Shown: positions 9,572 to 18,672, numbered from the stretch's first letter. The stretch is DNA of 64,000 bases from a virus (IMGVR_UViG_3300029243_000160:81209-145208); one strand, 5' to 3'. The notes: a model not told the origin generated them from the sequence alone. A program made the numbers and translations.

Positions 9572-12412
9572 ATGGCGAATCAAGTGAGACCTGCTTCCGA
9601 AGAGGACAAGAACAAACTGAAAGAAGCGTTCACAAAGCTATGGAACGCACTTCGCTCTATCTTCAATAAGAGAAGTGTTGTGGAGCGAATGGAAAAAATG
9701 CAACAGGAAATGGACTATATGCTGGCTCAGAACGGCATGACCGAAGATGCAGTGAAGGAACTGACAGAAACATTCAATACAATGTCTGGTCGCCTGCATA
9801 CGCTTACTCCGGAAAATGTCGATGCGTTTGTAGACGAGTTGCAGCAGTCTATCAGAATTGTTGCTGAAAGGAATGAAGAATCTTATACTTCTCCGGAATT
9901 TTCAGATGATTTTATCAAAAAAATCGCATATTATGTCAAGGCTGACCCCAGCGAAGCTTTTGCTGAGGACTTGATGAAGAACGCACAGGTTGTCAAGATT
10001 GATGGCGACAACGAAAATGCCATCTTATCATACAAAGGACACTGCATGATGGCGAGACTTGATGAAAGACAAAAGCAAATCGTTCTGATAATGAGTGCTA
10101 TCCCACCGGAACAATCTGTTTTCACTGAAAACGGAGAACTTGCACAAGGATATTCTTTTGCGGAAATTCCAGAAGATATGCAGGGAAATGCAAAGCTTGT
10201 TTTGCTAAATGCACTTTGCGAACAAAGCGATAAAACTTTTGTGTACGACAAAGAAAAGGAACAACGCCGGATTCTTGAAGAAGCAAAGAAAAAAGTTTCT
10301 CCGCAGGCAAGATTCCTTGGTGAACGGTACGAAACTGCTGTACAGGAATCAGACAATCTGGAGAGTATTTATAAGCGTGATGATGCAACTTTCCGGATTC
10401 GTGACAAAGCAACTGGCGAAATGCTCCGTATCAAGTCTGACAAAGACAAAATGCAGGTATTCCTTTCTCAGGACACCCAGAGTTTCGATGTGCCAAAAGG
10501 CAGTAAAGAAATTCTGCTTGGACAGTGGGAACAGAAAGAAAAAGGAATCCTTGCAGGCAAATTCCGTCTTTCTCTTGGCAGTGACAACGTAACATCTATG
10601 CTCCGAAGTGACGCTGTTCAGAAATGGTTTGAAATGAACGGTATCTCTCTGGAAGCACAAAACCAGTCCTTCCACCACAGAACAGACAGCAAGGCAACAT
10701 GGAGCAAAGTAGACGAAGCGAAAATGTCCAACGTAATTGCTCTTCAAGAATCGTGTGCAAGGTCGATTGCTAAAAATCACCCTGATGAAAAGATTATCGC
10801 TTCGGTTTACGAAACAACTCCGAAGAAGAAAAACCACAACAAAACATACACATTCCTGAATGTCGTGAAAGATGAAGGGAAAGGTGAAGAAAACCCGAAG
10901 CTTTCTATCTCCTTCAATTCAGACGGCACACCGCTGACAATCAATTACAACAATCAGTTCGCATACAATATCGCAGCTCGTACTACTTCTGAGAACTATC
11001 ATACGATTCTGTGGAACGACCCTGCATTCCGTGAATTGTACAATATTGCTGTTGACGCTTTACAGGAACAGGGCTTGGACAGAGGCATCTTGAAGTTCGG
11101 CGATGTTCCTTACGAGAAACAGGAAACTGCAAAGCCAGAATCTTCTTACACAGCAATCTACACTGCTGTTCCGCTTGAAGAACGTGGCTTGACCAAACAG
11201 GATATGGATTCTTGGATTCCATTACATGAAAAAAATGATGCAAAAATCATCAACCAGCTTGCTCTGAGTGCAATTCGGAACGGAAGCATTTCCATGAAGG
11301 AAATCAAGCAAGAAACCAAAGGACACACTATCAAGACAAAGCAGGCATTGGACACTTTAGTGAAATTGGGAGTGGTTTCTGAAAGTTTGAAACATGAAAG
11401 TCTGATGTCCGAAGAAGACTATGCAAAGGCAATCAGTGACCTTGCCAGAAATCCGCAGGCAAGAGCAGAATTTGCATCGCTTTCCAATTCTGATGCTGAA
11501 CAGAACAATTTCACAACCTATCTGACTGATTCCTATGAAGATGCTTGTCAGTATGACTGGAATCCGTATCTTGTTCTGAATAAAACAGAATACGGTCTGG
11601 CTGATGTTGTCATGTCTGCCATCGAAACCAGACTGAACAACGGACACGACAGCATCGACTTGGCAAAGCTCCAGAGATTGACCGGAAAATCATCACAAGA
11701 GGCAAGCAATATTATGGTTGAGCTGGAACGCATGGGTATTGTGGAAGGCGAAAACGATAAAAAGATTCTCGTTTCCAGTGATGATATTGCTCATCTGAAA
11801 GAAGTTGCTCTCCAGCATGAAATGTCTCACGATATGGGTACACTGGAGTATGCAGAAGCAATCACTGAACTGGTTATGGAAACTATTGAAAAAGGCAGCA
11901 TTTCCGTTGATGACATAATCATAAATCCTTCGATGGCTGAAAAGAATGTTAATGCAAGCAGTGCAATTCACACGCTGGAAGAACTCGGCGTAATTTCCGG
12001 CGATGATGCTCATACCTGCCTTGTTACACAGGAAGAATACGCTCAGAAGTTCAAGGAAGGCAATTCTGATGCCTTCACAAATCTGCTTGCTATCAGCTAC
12101 GCAGAGTACACACGAGAAGAAAAGGCAGACCGTGACGAATCTATCCCTGAAAAAACAGACAGCAAGGAAGAAATTTCTTCTCCGACTGAGCCTGAACATG
12201 ATGAAATTCCGGAAATGCCACCGTTCGATGAACACGACCCCTATGAAGATTATCCGGAGCAGGAAGATGCTGCGTTCGACCCGAACTATCCGTCAGATGA
12301 ACTGCCAGAAGACCCTTATAGTGACGTAGAGGACAACTTCCAATTTGAAAATATGCCTGAACCGCCGGAAGAACCAGATATGAATAACGACCTTGACATG
12401 AGCTTAGACTGA
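9572..12412 (+). CDS. Large protein with three FtsK-gamma-like winged-helix modules and an acidic, proline-rich tail
   Basis: ATG9572 follows the upstream stop (the track ORF starts earlier, at 9524). Repeated modules are ALDTLVKLGVVSE, IMVELERMGIVEGEN and AIHTLEELGVISGDD. The C-terminal 90 aa are D/E/P-rich. Confidence 0.75.
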   Translation: MANQVRPASEEDKNKLKEAFTKLWNALRSIFNKRSVVERMEKMQQEMDYMLAQNGMTEDAVKELTETFNTMSGRLHTLTPENVDAFVDELQQSIRIVAERNEESYTSPEFSDDFIKKIAYYVKADPSEAFAEDLMKNAQVVKIDGDNENAILSYKGHCMMARLDERQKQIVLIMSAIPPEQSVFTENGELAQGYSFAEIPEDMQGNAKLVLLNALCEQSDKTFVYDKEKEQRRILEEAKKKVSPQARFLGERYETAVQESDNLESIYKRDDATFRIRDKATGEMLRIKSDKDKMQVFLSQDTQSFDVPKGSKEILLGQWEQKEKGILAGKFRLSLGSDNVTSMLRSDAVQKWFEMNGISLEAQNQSFHHRTDSKATWSKVDEAKMSNVIALQESCARSIAKNHPDEKIIASVYETTPKKKNHNKTYTFLNVVKDEGKGEENPKLSISFNSDGTPLTINYNNQFAYNIAARTTSENYHTILWNDPAFRELYNIAVDALQEQGLDRGILKFGDVPYEKQETAKPESSYTAIYTAVPLEERGLTKQDMDSWIPLHEKNDAKIINQLALSAIRNGSISMKEIKQETKGHTIKTKQALDTLVKLGVVSESLKHESLMSEEDYAKAISDLARNPQARAEFASLSNSDAEQNNFTTYLTDSYEDACQYDWNPYLVLNKTEYGLADVVMSAIETRLNNGHDSIDLAKLQRLTGKSSQEASNIMVELERMGIVEGENDKKILVSSDDIAHLKEVALQHEMSHDMGTLEYAEAITELVMETIEKGSISVDDIIINPSMAEKNVNASSAIHTLEELGVISGDDAHTCLVTQEEYAQKFKEGNSDAFTNLLAISYAEYTREEKADRDESIPEKTDSKEEISSPTEPEHDEIPEMPPFDEHDPYEDYPEQEDAAFDPNYPSDELPEDPYSDVEDNFQFENMPEPPEEPDMNNDLDMSLD

Positions 12413-12426
12413 GAAAGGAGCATTGC

Positions 12427-14229
12427 ATGGCAAAACTTACACTCGATGAAATGCTTGACGATGTGAAAGCGAGAGAAGCTATCACAGAAGAAGCACAAGA
12501 AACCACAGAAATGATTCACAATGCTACAGAAAAACTGATTGATGCAGCTGTGTCTGGAAAAGTGACGATTCTCTCTGACTACGATGCAGACGGTATTTGC
12601 TCTGCATACATTCTGGAACACACCGTCAAGGCGATTGCTCCGGACTGCGATGTAGATGTGCAGCTGAATGACAGGCGTGGTTCTTACGGCTTGTCTCCAG
12701 ATTTACAGGGTGAAGATGACCGTCATTATATCATCTCTGATATGGGAAGCAATCAGCTTCCCTTTGCCAGAGAACAGCTCGGTGATGATGTTATTATCAT
12801 CGACCATCATCTAATTGAAGACGATGCAATCCGCAATGCTTTTGTGGACAACACTGACAATAACAAAGGACTTCTGAATCCCCATGCCCTGCATGAAAAC
12901 GATGAAATGAATGCACAATATTGTGCAACCGGACTTGCGTATCGTGTTTTTCAAGAAATGCCTGCTCTGGCACAGAACAAATCCATTCAACCGCAAATTA
13001 CAGAAAAGCTGGAAAACACGATGGCTGTCATGGCTGCTATCGGTACAGCCACGGATATGGTTGATGTGTTGGACACACACAGCAACAATCGTGAAATCCT
13101 CAAAGACGGACTACGCAGAATCGACAACGCAGATGAAAAGAATCTGGATTTTGTAATCGGCAATATGCTTGCACGAAACAATATTCCGGACGGTGTGACT
13201 GCACACCAGTTGGCATTCAATGTTGGTGCGTTCTTAAATTCCGCATCACGCATGAGTGAAATTGCTGGCGAGAATGGTGCAGCAAGAATGTACAAAGCTA
13301 TCACTGGCGATGAATCGTCAGCAAAAACCTATCGGGAGCTTGATTTCTTGCAGGAACAAAACACACAGCGTAAAGCTCTGATTGGAGAACTGACGACCTC
13401 GGACGAATACAAGGCGTTTGTGCAGGAACAACGCTACGGCAATGACAAGGACAACAACATTGCTGTCTATCAGCTTCCGGATAACGTGCCTCACGCATTT
13501 GCCGGACTGGTTGCAGGAAAACTTGCCGAAGCAACGGACAAAGCAATTCTGTGCGTGACCTACGAAGATAAAACGCAGTCTTACTCCGGCAGTGGCAGAA
13601 ATACTGCAAACAACGAAACCAGTCTGAAAGCGTTTGTGGATTCCATTGTTGCCAGAGAAGCAGAAGCGTTCGGAGACCAGCAGCTTCAAATGACCTATGG
13701 TGGACACAGCGATGCAATCGGCATTTCTGCTCTGAATGACATCACACGTCTGGAGCAGTTGGTTGATAAGTTTCAGGACGATATGAAACAAAAGCCACTG
13801 GAAGACCGGACATATCTTGACATGAAGCTCAGTGATATTTCCTCGCAGGAAACACTTGCAAAAGTAATGGCTCTTGAACCGACTGGTACTGGACTGCAAC
13901 TGCCGTCTGTTGTTGTGGAAGGCAAGGAAAATAATCGTAACCAGCTCTATAAAAGACAACGACCGGATTGGAAATCTGTTCGTATTGTCGATGATGAAAC
14001 CAAAGAAAAATTCGATATTGCAGACTGGGCATATAACGAAAAATCTTATCCGCAGTTTGAGGGCAACAGAATCGCTCTGGTAGCAGAACTTGGTATCAGC
14101 GATTACAAGGGAATCCATGTAGAGCTGACAGCAAAAACTGACCGTGCTTTTTCTGCGGAACTTGAAAAAACACATTTTCAGGAAAAGAATCATTCGACAC
14201 CTGAAAAAGATACATCAAGCGAACGGTGA
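12427..14229 (+). CDS. RecJ-like DHH/DHHA1 phosphoesterase (ssDNA exonuclease family)
   Basis: Motifs LSDYDADGICS, IIIDHH and YGGHSDAIGIS are present. SD GAAAGGAG upstream. Confidence 0.85.
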   Translation: MAKLTLDEMLDDVKAREAITEEAQETTEMIHNATEKLIDAAVSGKVTILSDYDADGICSAYILEHTVKAIAPDCDVDVQLNDRRGSYGLSPDLQGEDDRHYIISDMGSNQLPFAREQLGDDVIIIDHHLIEDDAIRNAFVDNTDNNKGLLNPHALHENDEMNAQYCATGLAYRVFQEMPALAQNKSIQPQITEKLENTMAVMAAIGTATDMVDVLDTHSNNREILKDGLRRIDNADEKNLDFVIGNMLARNNIPDGVTAHQLAFNVGAFLNSASRMSEIAGENGAARMYKAITGDESSAKTYRELDFLQEQNTQRKALIGELTTSDEYKAFVQEQRYGNDKDNNIAVYQLPDNVPHAFAGLVAGKLAEATDKAILCVTYEDKTQSYSGSGRNTANNETSLKAFVDSIVAREAEAFGDQQLQMTYGGHSDAIGISALNDITRLEQLVDKFQDDMKQKPLEDRTYLDMKLSDISSQETLAKVMALEPTGTGLQLPSVVVEGKENNRNQLYKRQRPDWKSVRIVDDETKEKFDIADWAYNEKSYPQFEGNRIALVAELGISDYKGIHVELTAKTDRAFSAELEKTHFQEKNHSTPEKDTSSER

Positions 14230-14239
14230 GTGACAAAAG

Positions 14240-14986
14240 ATGAATCGAATCACATATATTTCTGAAAACACAAGGCAACTGATGCAGGGAAGTACAGAAG
14301 TGCAAGAGCTTGCCAGTATTGCATACCGCACAGCTGTTTCTTTAGAAGAGAAACTGCATCGTTTTTCTCTCCTGACAAGTTCTATTGAGCAAAACGGCAT
14401 CTGCGTTTCTGTTGAAGAATCTGAAAAGCTTGACTGCTACAATACGTCTATCAGATTAAAGCATCATTCTGATTCCCTGACACTCGGAATTGCATCTGAC
14501 GGAGCAATTTTTATGTTAATCGCTTCCACATGGGACTACTCCGGTGATACGCCAAAGCTTCACTTGTTTCATCTGGACGAGATGCTGACATCTTCTCTCA
14601 GCAATGAACTGAAAGCTGTTGCTCGTGTTGTCATTTATATTGGACTGATGGACGAATACCTTGCGGATTTTCTGGACAGCGTTGATGACATTCTGACCAA
14701 AGAAAAACTATCGGCAGAAATCGAAACTGTTGATGGTCGCACACAGGCAATTCTTGCCGATACAGAAAGCACAGAAGACGAACTTTCTGTTTCTCTCGGC
14801 TTTTCAGAGCAGGGGATTCCATATGCCGTTGCAACAAACTACCAGCTGAACAAAGACTGCAAGCCATGCCAGACAGCCGAACTTCCGGCAAACGTGTTTC
14901 TATGCTTTCCAGATGACTTGCACAAGTATCTGTCAAATGAAGCTGTAAAGCGTATTGTTGCTCAGTACATGAATTGGAACGTATAG
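14240..14986 (+). CDS. Hypothetical protein, last gene of the plus-strand operon
   Basis: 248-aa ORF. An intrinsic terminator follows at 15244-15277. Confidence 0.65.
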   Translation: MNRITYISENTRQLMQGSTEVQELASIAYRTAVSLEEKLHRFSLLTSSIEQNGICVSVEESEKLDCYNTSIRLKHHSDSLTLGIASDGAIFMLIASTWDYSGDTPKLHLFHLDEMLTSSLSNELKAVARVVIYIGLMDEYLADFLDSVDDILTKEKLSAEIETVDGRTQAILADTESTEDELSVSLGFSEQGIPYAVATNYQLNKDCKPCQTAELPANVFLCFPDDLHKYLSNEAVKRIVAQYMNWNV

Positions 14987-15147
14987 TACACGCAGATATG
15001 CCTGTACGCTTGCTCTGATGCCTGCATGGTGATTCATAAGTAACTTATACCCCTTAAATTGAAACGCCTTAGAACGGCTCTGGGATAGCTTAGAATTGAT
15101 TCAATAAAATCGGTACAAAATAGCACCGTAGTAATCAAACGACAGCG

Positions 15148-15176
15148 TTGACGTTCACGCACCGTTCTCTTATAAG
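15148..15176 (+). promoter_or_regulatory. Candidate promoter TTGACG-17-TATAAG reading into core site A
   Basis: Hexamers at 15148-15153 and 15171-15176. Confidence 0.4.
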
Positions 15177-15189
15177 AAAAGATTCCTAT

Positions 15190-15209
15190 AGGTATACCTC
15201 GCTATACCT
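15190..15209. repeat. Recombinase-core-like site A: AGGTATA-CCTCGC-TATACCT (perfect 7-bp inverted repeats, 6-bp spacer)
   Basis: Read directly from the sequence. It lies 370 bp from the int stop codon. Confidence 0.6.
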
Positions 15210-15243
15210 GTACTCATACTTACAATCACATAGTATAAAGAAA

Positions 15244-15277
15244 GCAGCCGAATTGCATTGTTCGACTGCTTCTTTTT
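15244..15277. terminator. Intrinsic terminator closing the plus-strand operon, possibly bidirectional
   Basis: GCAGCCGAA-N8-TTCGACTGC followed by TTCTTTTT. Confidence 0.7.
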
Positions 15278-15297
15278 GCCTCATATTTTGTTCTCAG

Positions 15298-15563
15298 TGT
15301 TAAACTTCAAAAATTGGTGTTAAGTTGGTGTTAAATTTTGGCTGTGCGATTGTTCCAGCCCTTGATTTTACTAACTTTCACTGTTCAAACTTTTCATTGT
15401 CGGGAATAATAAAACATATAAAATGAATCTTTTTCAAATGTCTTCATATCCCTACAAGCCTGTATTTTCACAAGTTTGAGCAAAATTTCGCATTATGGGG
15501 AAATCACATATCTCTACTTAACTGTGCTTAACTTTTGGTAAGCTGTTGTTAAACGATTGTTAA
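15298..15563. repeat. Cluster of TGTTAA/TTAAC short repeats; candidate arm-type integrase binding sites
   Basis: Tandem 11-bp repeats TTGGTGTTAAG/TTGGTGTTAAA (15314-15335). TGTTAA at 15298, 15547 and 15558 (the last two 11 bp apart). CTTAAC at 15517 and 15527. Confidence 0.5.
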
Positions 15564-15578
15564 GTCTCGCATTGTCGG

Positions 15579-16862
15579 CTATCGTTTTCTTGCACCTAAT
15601 GGATTGCAAACATACTTACGTTCTCCGGACTGTTTTTCTTTCAGTCCATCGAAGTATTCGCCGAGTGATTTCATTTCCATTTGTTTCAGTTCTTTGGTTG
15701 CGTCTGCATAGATGTTCATGGTTGTCTCTGCATCTGCGTGACCCAAGATTTCCTGCATCGCTTTGATGTTGACACCAGCTTCGCACATTCGTGTTGTGAA
15801 CGTATGTCTGAGATAGTGACAGCTGAATGGTGGAAGCGTAAGCCCCATCTTGTCAAGCTGTTTGAAGTTGCAATCTCGGATAATTCTTTTCAGTGCTTTG
15901 TTGAGTGTTCCCTGATGCTGAACATTCCCAAAACGATTGATAAAAATAAAATCTGTATAGCCGTCAATCTTTGACTTGCATACCAAATTATTTTCTTTTT
16001 GATACTGTCGTTCCATTCGGAACATTTCCTTGACAATCGGCAACATCGGAATGGTTCTTTCCCCTGCCTTTGTCTTCGGAAGGTTTACTGCGAAACCACA
16101 GGTTTCTTCTCCCGCACGTCTTCTGTCGAAGTACACCAGCGTGTGATTGACGCTGATTGCTTCGTTCTCCATGTCGAGGTCGCACCAGCGTAAACCTGTT
16201 ACTTCTCCGACACGCATTCCGGTGTAAAGCATTACCATAAAAATCGGTTGCCAATGCTGATACTCTGGAGTAAGTGCCAGATAATTTTCAAAAACTTCCT
16301 GCTCTTTCACGGTTAAAGCTCTTCTTTTCATAATATCACGTTCCCTTGCTTTTTTCAATTCTTTCAATGCTCCGTCTGACGGATTGAACCTCATGTATTC
16401 GTCTTCTACACCAAGTTCCAGAACCTGATGCAGGACTGTGTGTACACTGTCCACCGTACTGACTTTCAAGCTTCTTGTTTCTGCAAGGTAGTTGTAAAAA
16501 GCTCTGACATCTGACTTTCGCAGGTCGTCAATTTTTGTGTTTCCGAAGTCTGGTTCAACAAACTGTTCGTACATATAGCAATAGTTCGTGAAGGTGTTGA
16601 CTTTCAATCCACGCTTCACCTGTTTCCATCTGCAATATAAATCGTTGATAGTCATATTCTTGCTATCCGGATTTATGCCGTCCAGCATATCCCTCAGAAC
16701 ATCGGTTTCTTTCTCTCGCAAATCTTCAAGCGTCTTTCCATACACTGTTCTTCGCCTGCCTGTTTTATCACGCCAGCGAAATTCATATGTGCCGTTTGGA
16801 CGCTCGTATTCTCCTTCTTTGAGAACACGTCTTTTGCTGTCTTTTCTTCTCTCTACTGCCAT
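15579..16862 (-). CDS. int: Tyrosine recombinase/integrase, Tn916-Int-like, with an N-terminal arm-binding domain
   Basis: C-terminal HYLRHTFTTRM...ILGHADAETTMNIYAD carries the R/H-x-x-R/H/Y catalytic pattern. The N-terminus RRKDSKRRVLKEGEYERPNGTYEFRW resembles the Tn916 Int arm-binding domain. SD AAGGAG. Confidence 0.95.
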   Translation of the reverse strand: MAVERRKDSKRRVLKEGEYERPNGTYEFRWRDKTGRRRTVYGKTLEDLREKETDVLRDMLDGINPDSKNMTINDLYCRWKQVKRGLKVNTFTNYCYMYEQFVEPDFGNTKIDDLRKSDVRAFYNYLAETRSLKVSTVDSVHTVLHQVLELGVEDEYMRFNPSDGALKELKKARERDIMKRRALTVKEQEVFENYLALTPEYQHWQPIFMVMLYTGMRVGEVTGLRWCDLDMENEAISVNHTLVYFDRRRAGEETCGFAVNLPKTKAGERTIPMLPIVKEMFRMERQYQKENNLVCKSKIDGYTDFIFINRFGNVQHQGTLNKALKRIIRDCNFKQLDKMGLTLPPFSCHYLRHTFTTRMCEAGVNIKAMQEILGHADAETTMNIYADATKELKQMEMKSLGEYFDGLKEKQSGERKYVCNPLGARKR

Positions 16863-16984
16863 TTTTTCTTTCTCCTTATTGACAATGAGAGAACAAAATA
16901 TGAGCTGTTATCCGAGATGTCTCTGTTCTCTGATAACAAGTAAATCATACCATATTTTGCTCCATATGTCTATGCAACTCTTTG

Positions 16985-17182
16985 TTAAATCGAATACGCT
17001 TTCGCAAGGTATTCGTCCAGCTTCTTTCGCTTTATCAGACGTTTGCTTCCGTTCCAAAGTACAAAAGAGCAGTTATCATCATTTGACATTTCCCTCAGTT
17101 TGTTGATGCCGATACCGCAATATGCACTCGCCTCTTCCAGTGTCAGATTTGTTTTTTCCCATAGTGGAATTTGAATTGCCAT
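16985..17182 (-). CDS. xis: Excisionase, Tn916-Xis-like HTH
   Basis: IPLWEKTNLTLEEASAYCGIGINKLREM...NGSKRLIKRKKLDEYL aligns closely to my recollection of Tn916 Xis. It lies directly upstream of int. Confidence 0.9.
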   Translation of the reverse strand: MAIQIPLWEKTNLTLEEASAYCGIGINKLREMSNDDNCSFVLWNGSKRLIKRKKLDEYLAKAYSI

Positions 17183-17199
17183 AGCAAGTCTCCTTTCTA

Positions 17200-17262
17200 T
17201 TTACTCTGTATTATATCCGTTATTTTCATTTACAATATATCAATTTCCCGAAGCACTGTCAA
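17200..17262 (-). promoter_or_regulatory. xis-int promoter (TTGACA-17-TATATT) with the 24-bp box downstream of the -10, in front of the SD
   Basis: -35 at 17257-17262, -10 at 17234-17239, box TTTACTCTGTATTATATCCGTTAT at 17200-17223 (plus-strand text). Confidence 0.65.
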
Positions 17263-17336
17263 GAAGTAATTTACATAAGTCTTTATAACAGAAAAAATCC
17301 CCCGAAACGAACAGTTCCGAAGGCTTATGTGACTGC

Positions 17337-17371
17337 AAAAAAATAAAACCGCTGCCAGCGAGACAACGGTT
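17337..17371 (-). terminator. Intrinsic terminator upstream of the xis promoter
   Basis: Minus strand AACCGTTG-loop-CAGCGGTT followed by TTATTTTTTT. Confidence 0.65.
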
Positions 17372-17439
17372 CTACTTCTTACAAATATAACGATGAATAG
17401 CACACAAGAGGTGATTAACTTGTATACTTCCATGTTTGT

Positions 17440-17468
17440 ATTATACCACTTTTGCGAACACAAGTCAA
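17440..17468 (-). promoter_or_regulatory. Promoter TTGACT-17-TATAAT with a displaced fragment of the cassette spacer
   Basis: -10 at 17440-17445, -35 at 17463-17468. AGCACAGTAGTGTACA follows the -35 instead of lying in the spacer. Confidence 0.5.
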
Positions 17469-17540
17469 GCACAGTAGTGTACATTCTACCTTTTGCACAA
17501 AATGACGACTTTCTTTTTCATCTTTCTTACAAGTGTTGCA

Positions 17541-17741
17541 TTAAAGATAAATCTCAGAATCAATAATATAACCACATTTACATTTTACAACGGTTCTGTT
17601 ATCTTCCAAAATCACTTTCGGGGTCATATTGCACTTCGGACACGTTGTCGTTACATATCCGTTTTTCTTCATCTCCGCTACAGCTTGATTTGCAAGCATA
17701 ATGGGTTCTGTTAAATTCTGTTTCTTCATCTGAGTATCCAT
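17541..17741 (-). CDS. Small zinc-ribbon protein
   Basis: 66 aa with CPKC...CKC. Strong SD AAAGGAG 6 nt before the ATG. Overlaps the 3' end of the upstream ORF by 143 nt in another frame. Confidence 0.55.
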   Translation of the reverse strand: MDTQMKKQNLTEPIMLANQAVAEMKKNGYVTTTCPKCNMTPKVILEDNRTVVKCKCGYIIDSEIYL

Positions 17742-18672
17742 AAAGAACTCCTTTCATAAAACTATCTGTTTCTTTATCTGTTTCCAAAATATTTCCGCTT
17801 TCTCTTGCTCTCTCTTTTGCATCATTGATAAGGTCTGCACGTTCTTGTTGGGAAAGGTTTGGAGCGTTTTTTGCTGCGGTAATACTTGCCCTGCACTCAT
17901 CTGCCCACTGGGGCGTAGTTCTGTCTGCATCTTCCTTTCCCAAATCTGCTAAATATTCATTTCTAAACACTCGATGACCATAATATTCATGAGCAAGAAC
18001 AGCAGCTACACTCATTACATCTCTTGGGTGTGTTGAACCGTGGTCATTATCTGGGAAAACATTTCTTGTCACATATATTTTATCCTGAACACAATTGTAA
18101 CAGGTGCTTCTATCCATATGTGCTTCATCATTAAAGATGAATACAGATTCATCAGCTCCAATTCTTCTTATTTCTAATTTTACAAAATCAATTTCTTCAT
18201 TTGTCAATGGCTCTCTTGACAAATTACGCATTCCAGATGACATTAGTTTGTCATCTGAATGAAAATGTTCAAATAGCTTTTCTTCATTTTTCACACGCCA
18301 ACTTTGGAAGGGAGCTTTTTTTCGTGGAGCGTTTTTTTCTCCAGATTTTATTTTCCGCTTGACTGGCTCACTACCCTGAATTTTCTTCATCATATCATAT
18401 TGTTTCCCAATATTTGTGACATCAAATCTGCTTACACATTGAGCAAACCACGGAAATTCGTCTGTCAACTTTTCAACAAAGCGTTCTACCTGCGTTTTAC
18501 TCATTGGCTTATCAGAAGAATAACCAGACAATTGCCTGTGTGAAAATCCGTTTTCTTTCATGAAAGTTTTTATTTCTTTGTAAGCTTTCAAATATTCCAA
18601 CGGATTGTTTGTGGTGCAATAAACTTCTTTCAGCTTTTTTGTATCGAGGTCGAAGTTAATAGCCTTTCTCAT
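17599..18672 (-). CDS. VapD-like (Cas2-superfamily) domain fused to a zincin-like HExxxH domain
   Basis: The N-terminus KAINFDLDTKKLKEVY...AYKEIKTFMKENGF...WFAQCV aligns to VapD. The C-terminal half carries AVLAHEYYGHRVF. ATG18672 was chosen as the start (track start is 18684). Confidence 0.75.
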   Translation of the reverse strand: MRKAINFDLDTKKLKEVYCTTNNPLEYLKAYKEIKTFMKENGFSHRQLSGYSSDKPMSKTQVERFVEKLTDEFPWFAQCVSRFDVTNIGKQYDMMKKIQGSEPVKRKIKSGEKNAPRKKAPFQSWRVKNEEKLFEHFHSDDKLMSSGMRNLSREPLTNEEIDFVKLEIRRIGADESVFIFNDEAHMDRSTCYNCVQDKIYVTRNVFPDNDHGSTHPRDVMSVAAVLAHEYYGHRVFRNEYLADLGKEDADRTTPQWADECRASITAAKNAPNLSQQERADLINDAKERARESGNILETDKETDSFMKGVLYGYSDEETEFNRTHYACKSSCSGDEEKRICNDNVSEVQYDPESDFGR

